Positions 1 through 11,768 of a stretch of DNA of 64,000 bases are shown here, in pieces. The DNA comes from Octopus vulgaris (taxonomy: Eukaryota), in assembly GCA_951406725.2 (NCBI GenBank), contig OX597830.1, positions 47,368,001 to 47,432,000 on the forward strand, given 5' to 3'. The position numbers and the translations under genes were made by a program. How positions within the stretch are numbered: position 1 is the first letter of the stretch; every line of letters starts with the position of its first letter. The notes beneath the pieces are model-generated. The model was not told where the DNA came from. It searched no databases and saw only the letters and a program-made list of their open reading frames with translations.

Positions 1-268
1 TACTTTTGGTAATTATACTGAGATGTCTATGGAATCAAGAGCAGACATTGACACCTTGTTGGCTTCCTACTCTTGATCCAGTGGAGCATCATAGATATGA
101 CAGCTGAAGGCAGAAAGGGCTACACCACCGTGAGGGTGGTATTCATTTACAACTGACTACACAAGAATGTGAAATTAAGTGTCTTACTCAAGGACACAAC
201 ATGCTGCCTGATCTAGGAACTGAACCTGTGGCTTTATGATCACAAACCGAACACCTTAACCACTAGAC

Positions 269-757
269 CAGTGGTTTTCAACTTGGGGTCCGTGGACCTC
301 TGGTGGTCCAGAAAAGTAGTACTGGGGGTCTGTGAACTAAATTCAAAATTTCATATACATATATAAGAGATAATGGTGTCATTGAGACCCAAAGGTGTCA
401 AGAAATGCTGAATAAGTGCTATTGACAGACCATAGTTAAGTTCTAGATTCGGTAATATTGTGAATAAAGGGTTCAACGTTGGTTCTATGTCAGCGTGTGT
501 ATATAAAAATTTTTTTGCGTAATAAGATAAAAAACCAAAGGCTGTATAGATATTAGAGCATTTATAGATAGAAGGTCTTACAGCTGTTTCTAGGATATTA
601 ATTAATAATATCCCTTCATCGAAGACGGTGTGAGAGGAAAAATTAAGTGATAGTTAGTTTCGATGTGATACACAATAGAGAGTGAGGCGGGGGAAAGAAA
701 ATAGATGGGAAATCTCATTTAAATAAAAGGGTTGGGGACCATTGTTGGAAACCACTG
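269..757. mobile_element. hAT (Charlie-like) MITE interrupted by a second insertion
   Basis: Terminal inverted repeats CAGTGGTTTTCAAC (269) / GTTGGAAACCACTG (to 757) plus subterminal ggggtcc/ggacc motifs. Sits inside a decayed minus-strand SINE. Confidence 0.65.
575..626 (-). ncRNA. Degenerate minimal type I hammerhead ribozyme motif (Penelope-like)
   Basis: Minus: GTCT-TCGATGA-aGGGATATTA ttaat TAATATCCTa-GAAAC-AGCT-GTA-AGAC. Stems I and II and palindromic stem III (ACAGCTGT) are present. Core reads UCGAUGA instead of CUGAUGA. Confidence 0.6.
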
Positions 758-1118
758 CGTTAGGGCATGCCTCTTCACAAGTTCATATCAACAAAAAATA
801 CTTGAAATGGCAACAATCAAGAATCAGAAGTGGGTCATAAACCTGGTTGTGGCACTGATAAGATCTTTCTAACAAAATACATTGAATTACCCAACCATGA
901 AATATTAAAGTACATAAGTAACAAAAAAGAAAAAAGAATTTGGAAAGTGCAATACAAATAATTAGAGAAGTTTCTCTTTTTAACCAGAGAGTTGTCATTG
1001 TGTTGTTGCTTGAAATTTCTATTTTGACAGACACAATCGTCCCAGATATTTCCAATTAGAAAACCACATTATTTGGTTGGAGTAATGGTTAGAGTGCAAT
1101 GGTGAGTTATCTTGATTG

Positions 1119-1850
1119 TATAAGTTAGACACCAGCAAGTCTGATGGGATAAGTTAGACCACCAGCAAGTCTGACGGGATAAGTTAGACACCAGCAAGTC
1201 TGACAGGATAAGTTAGACACCAGCAAGTCTGACAGGATAAGTTAGACACCAGCAAGTCTGACAGGATAAGTTAGACACCAGCAAGTCTGACGAGATAAGT
1301 TAGACACCAGCAAGTCTGACGGGTTAAGTTAGACCACCAGCAAGTCTGACAGGACAAGTTAGACCACCAGCAAGTCTGACAGGATAAGTTAGACCACCAG
1401 CAAGTCTGACAGGATAAGTTAGACACCAGCAAGTCTGACGGGATAAGTTAGACACCAGCAAGTCTGACGGGATAAGTTAGACACTAGCAAGTCTGACGGG
1501 ATAAGTTAGACCACCAGCAAGTCTGACGGGATAAATTAGACACCAGCAAGTCTGACGGGTTAAGTTAGACCACCAGCAAGTCTGACGAGATAAGTTAGAC
1601 ACCAGCAAGTCTGACGGGATAAGTTAGACCACCAGCAAGTCTGATGGGATAAGTTAGACCACCAGCAAGTCTGACAGGACAAGTTAGACCACCAGCAAGT
1701 CTGACAGGACAAGTTAGACCACCAGCAAGTCTGACAGGATAAGTTAGACCACCAGCAAGTCTGACGAGATAAGTTAGACCACCAGCAAGTCTGACGGGAT
1801 AAGTTAGACACCAGCAACTCTGGATGGGATAAATTAGACACCAGCAACTG
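1119..1850. repeat. Minisatellite, ~24.5 copies of a 29/30-bp unit ATAAGTTAGAC(C)ACCAGCAAGTCTGAC(A/G)GG
   Basis: Units counted directly. Two length variants interspersed, no unique spacers. Confidence 0.97.
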
Positions 1851-2670
1851 TAATAGTCTTGTTGGTGGTGGTGGTGGTGGTGATGCCTCAATAGATTCCG
1901 TCTGACCGATGGAATTTATGTGATGACCCACTGGAAAAACAGATGATGATGATGATGAAAAAGGGGAGAGGATCAAAGCTGAAATACTTTTCATCAAAGG
2001 TTTGTTCGGTTAGGGCTGATCAGGATTAGACAGTAACAACAACCTCCCACCTGTCCATCATTCCTACCATGCCCCACACCATTTTAAACATTTCGCTCAA
2101 CCATTTCTTTTCCAGAATTAAATTTCATCAGAAACTTTCTACATGATTATGTTTCTCCTTACAACGTTGATCTCACACATCAAAGAAGGCCTTCAGGAAC
2201 CACAGCCTACGAGCACTGCTCTCTTTCACAGACTTAACAACAAATAAAATCACAAAATCGTGAGGACTCGACAAAAACCCTAAACAATGGAAAAAGGTAT
2301 TCTTTGAATGTCTGACATAAATAGCTTTCAGAAAGGTTGATTACATCAAGATGACTAACTTCTTTTGAACAATGCTTTTACCTTGCTGGATTGAACAGAG
2401 CTAATGTTCGCCTCTCTATATTAACACAAAGGTGAGACACCAACAACAAAATACGTTTTAGAAGTCATTTTCCCACGCCCTCACAATTGTTTGGTGCACT
2501 GCTTCAAAGAATGATATCCGCAAAACATGCAATGCAGTTTTGCCAAAATAACGCAGCTGTATCTATTAAAAAACAATGTTTTGTGAAGTCTACACTTACA
2601 GGTACATAATGATATCATAATAAGTATTAGAATAAGAAGTCACACTTTTACAATAATAATAATAATAATA

Positions 2671-2889
2671 ACAGAGATGTACTTGCATAGCAAGTGACCT
2701 GATCTGAGATCGTGCTAGAAAGAAAACAATTGCAGCGTGGAAGGTGTTTATAAGCCATTTAAAAACACACAAAAACCGTTAGAGATGCAGCATGGAATTT
2801 TGTCAGTGAACAGGTCGCAGTCTCAAAGTGACGAAAATATTTTGGCAAATTAAATTTAAATGGCTTATAAACACCTTCCATGCTGCAAT
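2671..2889. mobile_element. Short fold-back element: ~55-bp leader plus 35-bp inverted arms, in an (AAT)n tract
   Basis: 2729-2763 ATTGCAGCGTGGAAGGTGTTTATAAGCCATTTAAA is the reverse complement (1 mismatch) of 2855-2889. Confidence 0.6.
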
Positions 2890-3352
2890 AATAATAGTAT
2901 TTTAAAAGGATTGATGTAACTCTTCACAAAGGTAAACAGTCAAGACAAAGAGCACGATTCTGTAATAGATATTGAACTCGACAAAGACAAGCTTACTGTT
3001 GAAATATCATTCAACCAATAAAAATAACTATTACAATCAAATCACGCTCTTCGTCTTGACTAATAATAATAACAATAATTAGCAATAGCATAAGCTTATT
3101 ATTCCTCTCTACTCTAGGCACAAGGCCCAACATTTTTAGGGAAGGGGGCCAGTTGATTAGATAGACTCCAAATGGATGAAAGGCAAAGTTGACCTCAGCA
3201 GAATTTGAACTCAGAATGTAAACAGACGAAATACCACTAAGCATTTTGCTCAGCGTGCTAACGATTCTGCCAGCTTGCCACCTGATAAGATAATGATCTT
3301 ATTATTACTACTGTTGGGCTTGAGCCAAAAATTTGAAACCATTATTATTATT

Positions 3353-3762
3353 TTATGTTTGACTTTTACTTTGCATTTGTACAAGTTGACTCTAAGTCTC
3401 ACCCAAAGACCTCAAGAGACAAGAACTTAGAAGTTCATGTTGGTGTTATGCCTAGGGTGCCATATATTTGGTTTTGTATGCAGTATTGTTCTAGAGAATG
3501 TTTAAGAAACCATAAGAAAATTATGTGCTTGTTTTAAAATTTGAGATTACGTAGAAAGTATTTTACATAAGATATGGGCAGTTCCAATGAGCAGTATCAT
3601 TTGAATATCTGCCATTTTGGTGTTTCCTGGTATCTGAACTAGGTAGCAATCAGCACCTTTTTCTATCATTCCTAGGGCACCTATGACAACAGGTATTGTT
3701 TTAGTCTTCAGGTTCCACATTTTGCTAATTTCTATTTCAAGATCTTTATACTTGCTCAGCTT
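3353..3762 (-). mobile_element. 3' fragment of an RLE-type non-LTR retrotransposon (Dong/R4-like) in (TAA)n
   Basis: Minus translation KLSKYKDLEIEISKMWNLKTKTIPVVIGALGMIEKGADCYLVQIPGNTKMADIQMILLIGTAHILCKILST* (stop 3547-3549) has the restriction-like endonuclease C-terminal KxxKY / PVVIGALG motifs. (ATT)n on both flanks. Confidence 0.85.
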
Positions 3763-3830
3763 ATTTATTTATTTTTTTTTTTTTTTAATTATTTTTAAAA
3801 ATTGTTTGTATTATTATTATTATTATTATT

Positions 3831-4045
3831 AAGGTGGTGAGCCGGCAAAACTGTTAGCACACTGGACGAAGTGCTTAGTAGTATTTTGCCTATCACTACA
3901 TTCTGAGTTCAAATTCTGCTGAGGTTGACTTTGCCTTTCACCCTTTCAGGGTCACTAAATTAAGTACCAGTGTAACACTGGGATCGATGTAATTGACTAG
4001 TCCCCTCCTCATAAATTTGAGGTCTTGAGCCTCCAGTAGAGAGGT
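3831..4045 (+). mobile_element. tRNA-headed SINE with Meta/MESC-like core (decayed copy; others at ~3100-3282, 4655-4862, 9820-10030, 45950-46066, 50680-51530, 58845-59030)
   Basis: B-box-like GAGTTCAAATTC followed by GTTGACTTTGCCTTTCA.CCTTTC.GGGTC..TAAATTAAGTACCAG, shared with the young copies at 36135, 54914, 56680 and 57823. Confidence 0.8.
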
Positions 4046-4290
4046 TTATTATTATTATTATTATTATCATCATTATCATTATCATCATTATTATTATCAT
4101 CATTATTATTATAATCATTATTATAGATGTCGCACAGTATACGGTATCGTGAGGTTGTTGATCGAAAATATTGTATTTGTTGGGGGGGGGTTTGTACTGT
4201 TTGTCAAATCACAACAAGGACCTCAGACAGACACTACTTTACGCAATATGCATTCAGTTCCAAGTAATGACATTTGCAATACACCTAAAC

Positions 4291-4326
<36 letters not shown>

Positions 4327-5027
4327 CATTACAGCATCCAATATCATGATGTTTTAGATTGAAGATAATTGTGTGTAAAAGGAATGCATGCTGTCTGTCA
4401 AGTCACAACAAGGACCTCACACAGACAGCAACTTTCGCATTGTGCATGCAGTGACAAGTGAAGCCAATTTTTTGCAATATGCCAAGATCGTAGGGTATTT
4501 CTAAAGTTTCCAGATGTTTCCTCAGGTTGGGTGGCATTGAACCCAATGCCCCAATGACAACTAGAACAACCCTTATGCTTGACTCTTGCAGCTGGCAATC
4601 TCAATTTTCAGGACTCCTTACTCGTTGACCTTTTCTCTTTACTACTACTACTGGTTTCAAATTTGGGACAAGGCCAGCAATTCTGGGGTGGAGGGGTGTA
4701 AGTCAATTCCATTGACCCCAGTGCTCAACTGTTATTTATTTTATCAACCCCCACAAAGGATGTAAGGCCAAGTTCACCTTGGTGGAATTTGAACTGAGAA
4801 TGTAAAGATGGACAAAATGCCACTAAGCATTTTACCTGGCATTCTACAGTTCTGCCAACTCATCATCATCATCATCACCATCAAAATGGCGAGCAGGCAG
4901 AATCGTTAGCATACTGGAGAAAATTAATTAGATCACACAAAACGAATATACGAACAAATGATTAAATAAAGTTAATTCATAAAAGAAAAAAAACACTTTA
5001 AAAAAAAACTCAACCATTGTTACTTAC

Positions 5028-5109
5028 TTGAAATTTGTCTCTTAGTTTGTTGCTGGCAATTTTATAATTTATTCGTAACATCCATCCTTTTAGATGTTTC
5101 TGTGTTACT
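5028..5109 (-). CDS. PLCG1: Phospholipase C-gamma coding exon (EF-hand region)
   Basis: tctgttgtactttcag | 82 nt | gtaagt. Translates (V)VTQKHLKGWMLRINYKIASNKLRDKFQ, cf. PLCG1 RISAKDLKNMLSQVNYRVPNMRFLRERL. In frame with the previous exon. Next exon not found in 1-5027. Confidence 0.92.
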
Positions 5110-5520
5110 CTGAAAGTACAACAGAGACAGACGTCAAGTACATTAGCAAACATTTCAATTAATCTCTTAAAATGAATAACCAGCAATGTGGTAGGAGTTA
5201 GCAACATTCATCAGCATCATCATCATCGTTTTGCTGTCCACTTTTCCATGTTTACATTGGTCAGACAGAATTTATTAGGACAGTCGTTTTTATGGCAGGG
5301 ATGCACTTCCTGTCACCAACCCTCACCGGTTTCCAAGCAAAATAAAATTTCCCTTTGGCTGGACAGGTTATCACGATATATTGGAAGTGGCACTGCTTGT
5401 ATGACAGGGATGCTCATTTACAATAATCTTGTGATATCAAGACAAGGAGACACAAGTACGTGTGCACACACATACACACACATGTGCATCTGTCTACCAA
5501 ATTCACTCACAGAGCACTTT

Positions 5521-5753
5521 GGAGTAAAGATTATTTGCCAACATAACATGGCAGTCCTGGTTTAGGATGAATGTTGCTGCAATTTAGCCCCAGGAGACAT
5601 CGTCTCCAGCTGGCTATACAACACGATCTGTGTCCTTATATTTTCTATCATGTCCTATAGCCAGCTGGAGATGATATTTCCTGGGGCTAAATTACAGCAA
5701 CATTCATCCTAAACTAGGACTGCCATGTTATGTTGGCAAACAATCTTTACTCC
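5521..5753. mobile_element. Fold-back hairpin element, copy 1
   Basis: GGAGTAAAGATT...AATCTTTACTCC with ~100-bp inverted arms. Homologous to copies at 16836, 45114 and 58157. Confidence 0.9.
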
Positions 5754-6221
5754 TAGGAACAGTGTATTGTGCCTTGGCAATGACTGGGGACAAATAGAGC
5801 AGTGTATTGTGCTTCAGCCCAATGCCTTACTTGGGAATTAGTTAGGGTTGGTGACAGGAAGAGCATCCAGTTATAGAAAAAAATATGGCTCAACAAATTC
5901 TGTCCAAGTCATAGGAGCATAGAAAAGTGGAGACGATGATAATGATGATTCTGCAGAAGTAATAAAAAGTACTCTGGATTACTGTGAATGTGTCACCGAC
6001 CAGTTCACAGAGTTCCTCAACAATTCTCAAAGACCCACATAGATCATGCAGATTATCTAAATGATTGTTCTGATTTGTGAAGTGATTGCGAGGGACTCGG
6101 TGATATTTCTGACAAGGCTATCATTTACAAAAGTCGTCATTTGGACACTGGCTTTTCAGCATGGTCACAAACAACTGACTGGAATGAGTAAAAGAATGAA
6201 AGAATTGGCAATATCAATAAC

Positions 6222-6916
6222 ATTGAAGACCTGACAAATGAAGTGGGTTCATGGCTCGCAGGACGGCCTGCTGAGCTCACCTTGGATCGTAGAGTGACCT
6301 GCTGTTCTTGAGGAGACCTAATTGAGTCAAGTACATCAACATCAAAATAAAATTGTATGGATATTGTAGTTGTGATGCACGTAGGGCCTCACAGAAGAAA
6401 TGACGAAGACCAAAACCTCTGAGATATGCTGTGACTGAAGACCCGACAAATGAAGTGAGTTCATGGCTCGCAGGACGGCCGGCTGTGCTCACCTTGGATC
6501 GTAGAGTGACCCGCAGTTCTTGAGGAGACCTACTGAGTCAAGTATGTTAACACCAACATCAAAAGGAAAATCAAATGGAAATTGTAGTTAAGATATACCC
6601 GCACCAGTGACACATTAAAAACACCGTCCTAACGTGGCAGATGACAGCGCTGCCTGACTGGTGTCCGTGTCAGTGACATGTAAAAGCACCAACTGATTGT
6701 GGCCGTTTGCCAGCCTCCTCTGGCCCCTGTGCCGGTGGCAAGTAAAAAGCACCCACTACACTCACAGAGTGGTTGGCGTTAGGAAGGGCATCCAGCTGTA
6801 GAAACACTGCAAGATCAGACTGGAGCCTGGTGCAGCCTTCCGGTTTCCCAGACTCCGGTCGAACCGTCCAACCCATGCTAGCACGGAAAACGGACATTAA
6901 ACGATGATGATGATGA
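6222..6916 (+). mobile_element. RTE-clade LINE 3' end (ORF C-terminus remnant plus long 3' UTR, (GAT)n tail) with a ~150-bp segment repeated at ~213-bp spacing
   Basis: 6380-6455 resembles an RTE C-terminus (GLTEEMTK...RYAV...TRQMK*). Has the GTTGGCGTTAGGAAGGGCATCCAGC motif and ends AAACGATGATGATGAT. 6223-6380 is repeated at 6436-6595. Confidence 0.7.
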
Positions 6917-7144
6917 TTGCACCAACGGAATAAATAAAAACAACAGGATGAAAAGAGAATGTGACTTCTTCTTGCATGAATTGATGTGAGTTTTTGGTAA
7001 GCAAAGATTGATCAGCAAAACCAAGTTTGGCTTGAATTACAAAAAATAGTCCCAAGGTTTAAGGTGACCCTATTTACTTTGTTTAAATGATAATTAATTA
7101 ATTAAACAAAAGATAATGACAATGCCAATAAACTGAATACTCAC

Positions 7145-7192
7145 ACGTATGTACCCAATTTTTCCATGAGGTAGAATTCTTTTCGAAGCCAT
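7145..7192 (-). CDS. PLCG1: Phospholipase C-gamma coding exon (48 nt; start of EF-hand region)
   Basis: ttttcctttcttacag | 48 nt | gtgagt. Translates (R)WLRKEFYLMEKLGTY(V), cf. PLCG1 RWLRKQFYSVDRNRED. Phase 2 to 2. Confidence 0.93.
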
Positions 7193-8334
7193 CTGTAAGA
7201 AAGGAAAAATAATCCAAATTAAAAAAGAAAAAATTAAATTATGAATTATCACAATTTTTATATTTATTCTTGTGTGGAAAGATTTCATTGTTTTTTTTTT
7301 TTTCAAGCAAATAATTAATATCGAACCAATCAGGGACAAGCTGGGCCAATCAGCTCGTCCACAGATGGACACAAAAGTGTCTGTGAGGTAAGAAGCTTGC
7401 TTCCCAACCACATGGTTCCAAGTCCCCAATGACCCCCAGGAATAGTGGGGGGGGGGGCTGAATGGATTCCTTTACCCATGTCTTTCCGGTTGTTAGTGTT
7501 GGCCACATTACTGGGGAAATGGAACCAAGTATGACGTATTTAATCCAACATTTATTGTTGCTGTTTAACCCCAGGCCTACCCTAATTGAGCAGACTTATC
7601 AAAGCTGCTCCATCCATGACCACTACATCCTCTCTTGGACTTTTCCTATTTTGCGTGACATTATTCAATTTGTCCTTTCTTTTTTATTTTTAGATGGTAG
7701 GGCATGATTTCAAGAGGATGTGGGTGCTGTTTCTAGCAGGTCAAAAGACCTATAAAGGATGGCACATTGCAAATGTTATACAGCAACTAAGAAAGATCCT
7801 GGTTATGAGGAAGGCAAAGAAAGAGGAAGAGGAGGAGGAGGAGGCAGAAGTACCAATGAACTTGTGATGGTGATGGAAGTGATGATGATTATGGTGATTA
7901 TGATGATAATGATGTTGAGGGGAAGGAGGAGTAAGAGGCAGAAAAACTACTGTTGAAGTGGTGGTGGTGGTGGTGGTGGTAGTGGTGGTGATGACAATGA
8001 TGATGAAAGTAAAGCTATCGAGAAAAAATAATCAGACAAAAGAATATATTAATTATATATTAAGAAGTCAGTCACTCGTTTCAGCTTGGTGCCTGATGAT
8101 CGTTATATCTGACTCAGTGGCCAGAACAACTAACCCCAGGTAGGGAGGAAGAGGCATCGGCAGAGCTTTGCTCTCTTCCTCTGTCTATCAAAGTCAACAT
8201 AACCTGGCAAACAGAAACCTGTTCCAAGTCGTACACACACACACACTGTACACATAGACTATACACAAACATATATATATATACAGACATGTATACATGC
8301 ATATATGTGACAAGTAGAAAGAAGGACAGATGTT

Positions 8335-8700
8335 GTGCATGCACACCACACACACACACACGCATGCATGCATATGTATGTATTATGCATATATGTATGT
8401 GTGTATGCATGTACGCATATATGTATGGATGTATGTATGCCTGTATGTAAGTATATTTGTATGTATGCATGTATGTATGTATGTAAGTATATTTGTATGT
8501 ATGCATGCATGCATGTATGTAAGTATATTTGTATGTATGCATGCATGCATGTATGTAAGTATATATGTATGTATGCATGCATGTATGTAAGTATATACGT
8601 ATGTATGTATGTATGTATGCATGCATGTATGTAAGTATATATGTATGTATGCATGCATGCATGTAAGTATATACGTATGTATGTATGTATGTATGTATAT
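8335..8700. repeat. Compound (TATG)n/(CATG)n microsatellite with ~28-36 bp higher-order units
   Basis: Direct reading. It explains the many H/T/Y/I-rich spurious ORFs. Confidence 0.95.
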
Positions 8701-9030
8701 ATTGAAATGCGACATGATAAACCATTCCTAGATAAAAATTAGAAATTCTGGAATAAATGGCTTCCTGCGGGATTTCAGGAACTGTTAAAAGTATTTTGCA
8801 GAAAAAAAGGGGGAAAGTAAAAAGCATAAAAACTACCAAAGAAAATGTGCTTTAATGATAAAGAAAGGAGGGGGTGAGATAGAGGGGGGTGAGAGGGAGA
8901 GGAAGAGAGAGAAAGAGGGGTGGAAAGAGAGAAAGTGAGAGGGAGAGAGAGAGAGTGAAAAAGCGAGAGAGAGAGGAGAAAAAGAGAGGGAAGAGAGAGA
9001 GAAAGAGAAGGGAGAGCAAATAAGAAAGGT

Positions 9031-9362
9031 ACAGGCATGATGGTGAGATAAGCTTGCTTCCGCAGCCACATAGCTCTGGGTTCAGTCCCACTGCATGGCA
9101 CCTTAGGCGTCTTCTACTATAGCCTTGGGGCAAAGCAAAGCCTTGAGAGTGGATTTGGTGGATGGAAACTGAAAGCCTGTTGTGTGTGTGTGTGTGTGTG
9201 TCCACCACTGCTTGGCAACCAGTGTTGGTGTGTTTATGTCCCTCTAACTCAGTGGGTCACAAACAGTGATTGATACAAGAATAAAGTGCTGGTACTGATT
9301 TGTTTGACTACAATTTTCTTAAGGCAGAGCCCCAGCATGGCCACAGTCTAAAACAAGCAAGA
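9031..9362 (+). mobile_element. tRNA-headed SINE family A (decayed copy)
   Basis: GGGTTCAGTCCCACTG...GGCACCTT...GTGGATTTGGT...GGAAACTGAAAG, internal (TG)n, 3' CCAGCATGGCCACAGTC. Same as 24781 and 43272. Confidence 0.8.
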
Positions 9363-9410
9363 GATGGAAAATAATAAAGAAACGAACGAAGAATAGAGAG
9401 AGAGAGAGAC

Positions 9411-9504
9411 CTTTCCACTTGGAGTTGGTAAGAAGCATTTTGTGTGTCTTGTACCAGATGGTTCAAACCCTTCAACCATTTCCGGAATTCATCTTTGTTG
9501 GAGG
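9411..9504 (-). CDS. PLCG1: Phospholipase C-gamma coding exon (end of PH domain; equivalent to exon 3)
   Basis: cttttgtctttcag | 94 nt | gtctct. Translates ASNKDEFRKWLKGLNHLVQDTQNASYQLQVE(R), cf. recalled PLCG1 ATSEDEVNMWIKGLTWLMEDTLQAPTPLQIER. Phases 1 to 2 fit both neighbours. Confidence 0.93.
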
Positions 9505-10479
9505 CTGAAAGACAAAAGCAAAAAGGTGAGAGAAGAAAATGGAAAAAAACAAAACAAAATGTCTTTGAATGTCACTTCTCAGAAATATATTTTCTTATTT
9601 AAATATTCAGCATTCAGATTAATTTGTCAAATGCAATTCTTATTAATTCGCATTCTTTTGGATTAATCCTGAAACATCTTGTAGTTTCGAGATTCCAATG
9701 ATGTGGTTATTTATTTTTAGACTGACAATTGTAGGGTAGGTGTGAGAGGTTGGATCTGGCCAACATAAAACAGGTAGGATATTTGGGCCGGATTAAATGC
9801 TGGACGGTTGAGATCATTTCCAACAAGACCAGAAATTTAAGGGGGAAGGTGGGGTGGGGCCTTAGTTGATAACATTGACCCCTCCAATATTTAACTGGTA
9901 CTTTATTTCATTGAACCCTGAAGAACGGAAAGTAAAGTTGACCTTGGCAGGATTTCAACACAGAACATAGAAACCTGCAACAAATACTGCAAAGCTTTTC
10001 TCCCGACACTAGCAATTCTGCCAGCTTGCCAAAATTATTATATCATACGTATGTGTGTGTGTGCGTGTGTGTGTGTGGAGGGATGTGTTTGCACACATCA
10101 TGCATGTGTGTGTGTGTGTGTTTACGCCTATATAAATGCAGGAGTCATATGTCTAGCAGACACAAGAAGCCTCCAGACTTTGAAAGATTGGAAAATAGAA
10201 ATGGGTAAGGATTACTTATCATTTAATCTAATCTCTTAGAACCAATAAGATTTAAAGGGCTGCTACTAGTGGGGTTGATTTCTTTGAGAAAAATCCCTTG
10301 AAGGCAGCTTCCCAGAATGGCTGAAGTTCAAAACTGAGACAAGTAAAAGATGATGATGTGTTTCAGAACCAAAGTTTAATGTTAGCTCCCAAAAAATCTT
10401 CTATGCCTGTGTGTATATATATTCTTTTATTCCTTCAGACATTTTAGCCCTAAGGCTGTGGCCATGCTGGAGCATCACC

Positions 10480-11155
10480 AGTGTAATCACCCTTACAATG
10501 GCCAATCTTATGTGATTCGCTTTTAGTGAAGGAGTTCAATACAGCAGCCCTGACCCTTGATATAGGCTCATCTGGGACCTTGGATAGCAGGAGGTCAATT
10601 TGTTTCTTGAAAACATCTCCCCTTACTCCATGAACATCCTTCAGATGTTTTGCAAGGTGTTGAATAGCTGTGGTCCCTGAATCCTAGCTGTACATGGTTC
10701 TCAGTCTAGACGGGATAACTAGGACCTTTGAAACAGAGCAGTGACATCCAGTTTAGGTACTGGTATAGCTCTCGGTACCAAAGTTTAGTGCCAGTCCCTT
10801 CAGAAGCTTCCATACACATATCACTGCATGCCACCTCTGTCATCATTCCAAAGAGTAGAGTCGTAGCTCTTTCAGTCTCTTCCAGAGCCCAGCCTGTTCC
10901 ATTGATGCTCTTTTCTGGGTGTAACACCACTGAACTGCTACAAGTTCTGTTATTAATTTGATGCTAGAGGGTGACCACAGTTGAGGGAAGTAGTCCAGAC
11001 GGCTGAGTACTAATGTCCTCAATAGAACCAGCATAATTTCATGGTCCCTTGTTCTCAAAGTTCTCAGAATCCATCTGGCCATTCGCCAAAACATTGCCAC
11101 CATTTTGGTGATATTTATGTGAAACAAGGCTATATGTGACTCTGAAATTACCACT
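10480..11155 (-). mobile_element. Decayed CR1-group LINE ORF2 C-terminal fragment
   Basis: ORF 10843-11154: HITKMV...WILRT...RTLVLSRLDY..QLWSP...LVAVQ...WKRLKELRLYSLE, the post-RT region typical of CR1/L2-group LINEs. Confidence 0.8.
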
Positions 11156-11498
11156 TCTTTTGGTCCAAATTATATACACACACACACACATATATATACC
11201 CACATACATATATACATACATACATACAGATGTATATACACATACAAATATACAGACATATATACATAAATAGATATATATATACTGTGAATATATATAT
11301 ATATATATATACACTTGACTACTAAATCCACAAGTTTTTCTTTTACTCTCTCTTTGTTTATTTTCTCTTATTCCTTTCTGTTGAAGATCGTAGGCTCAAA
11401 ACATAAATGACTTTTTCATTTTTCCCAAATGTCAAACTGATACATCTGCTTGTTGTTCATACACCTGTCTTTGTCTTTTATTTTTCTGTAAATTTCAA

Positions 11499-11564
<66 letters not shown>

Positions 11565-11609
11565 ACATGTTTTCCTGAAATAGAAAATAGCCACAAAATG
11601 ATGACAAAG

Positions 11610-11768
11610 TGGATCTATATGAGAGAGAGAGAGAGGAGGGAGAAAGAGAGAGAGAGAAGGAGGGAGAGAGAGAGAGAAGGAGGGAGAGAGAGAGAGAAGG
11701 AGGGAGAGAGAGAGAGAAGGAGGGAGAGAGAGAGAGAAGGAGGGAGAGAGAGAGAGAGAGAGAGAGTT
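11610..11768. repeat. (GA)n / GGAG purine-rich tract
   Basis: Direct reading. Confidence 0.9.

Noticed and set aside
1119-1850. CRISPR-like array or repeat protein ORFs (1560-1997, 1595-1891)
   Set aside because: No unique spacers, eukaryotic context and no cas genes. Mixed 29/30-bp units break the reading frame, so the ORFs are artefacts.
7094-7429. ORF-track reading MASKRILPHGKIGYIR of the 48-nt exon
   Set aside because: Wrong frame. The phase-2 frame gives WLRKEFY matching PLC-gamma and fits both neighbouring exons.
8114-8839. 241-aa ORF and overlapping ORFs
   Set aside because: Translations of the (TATG)n microsatellite.
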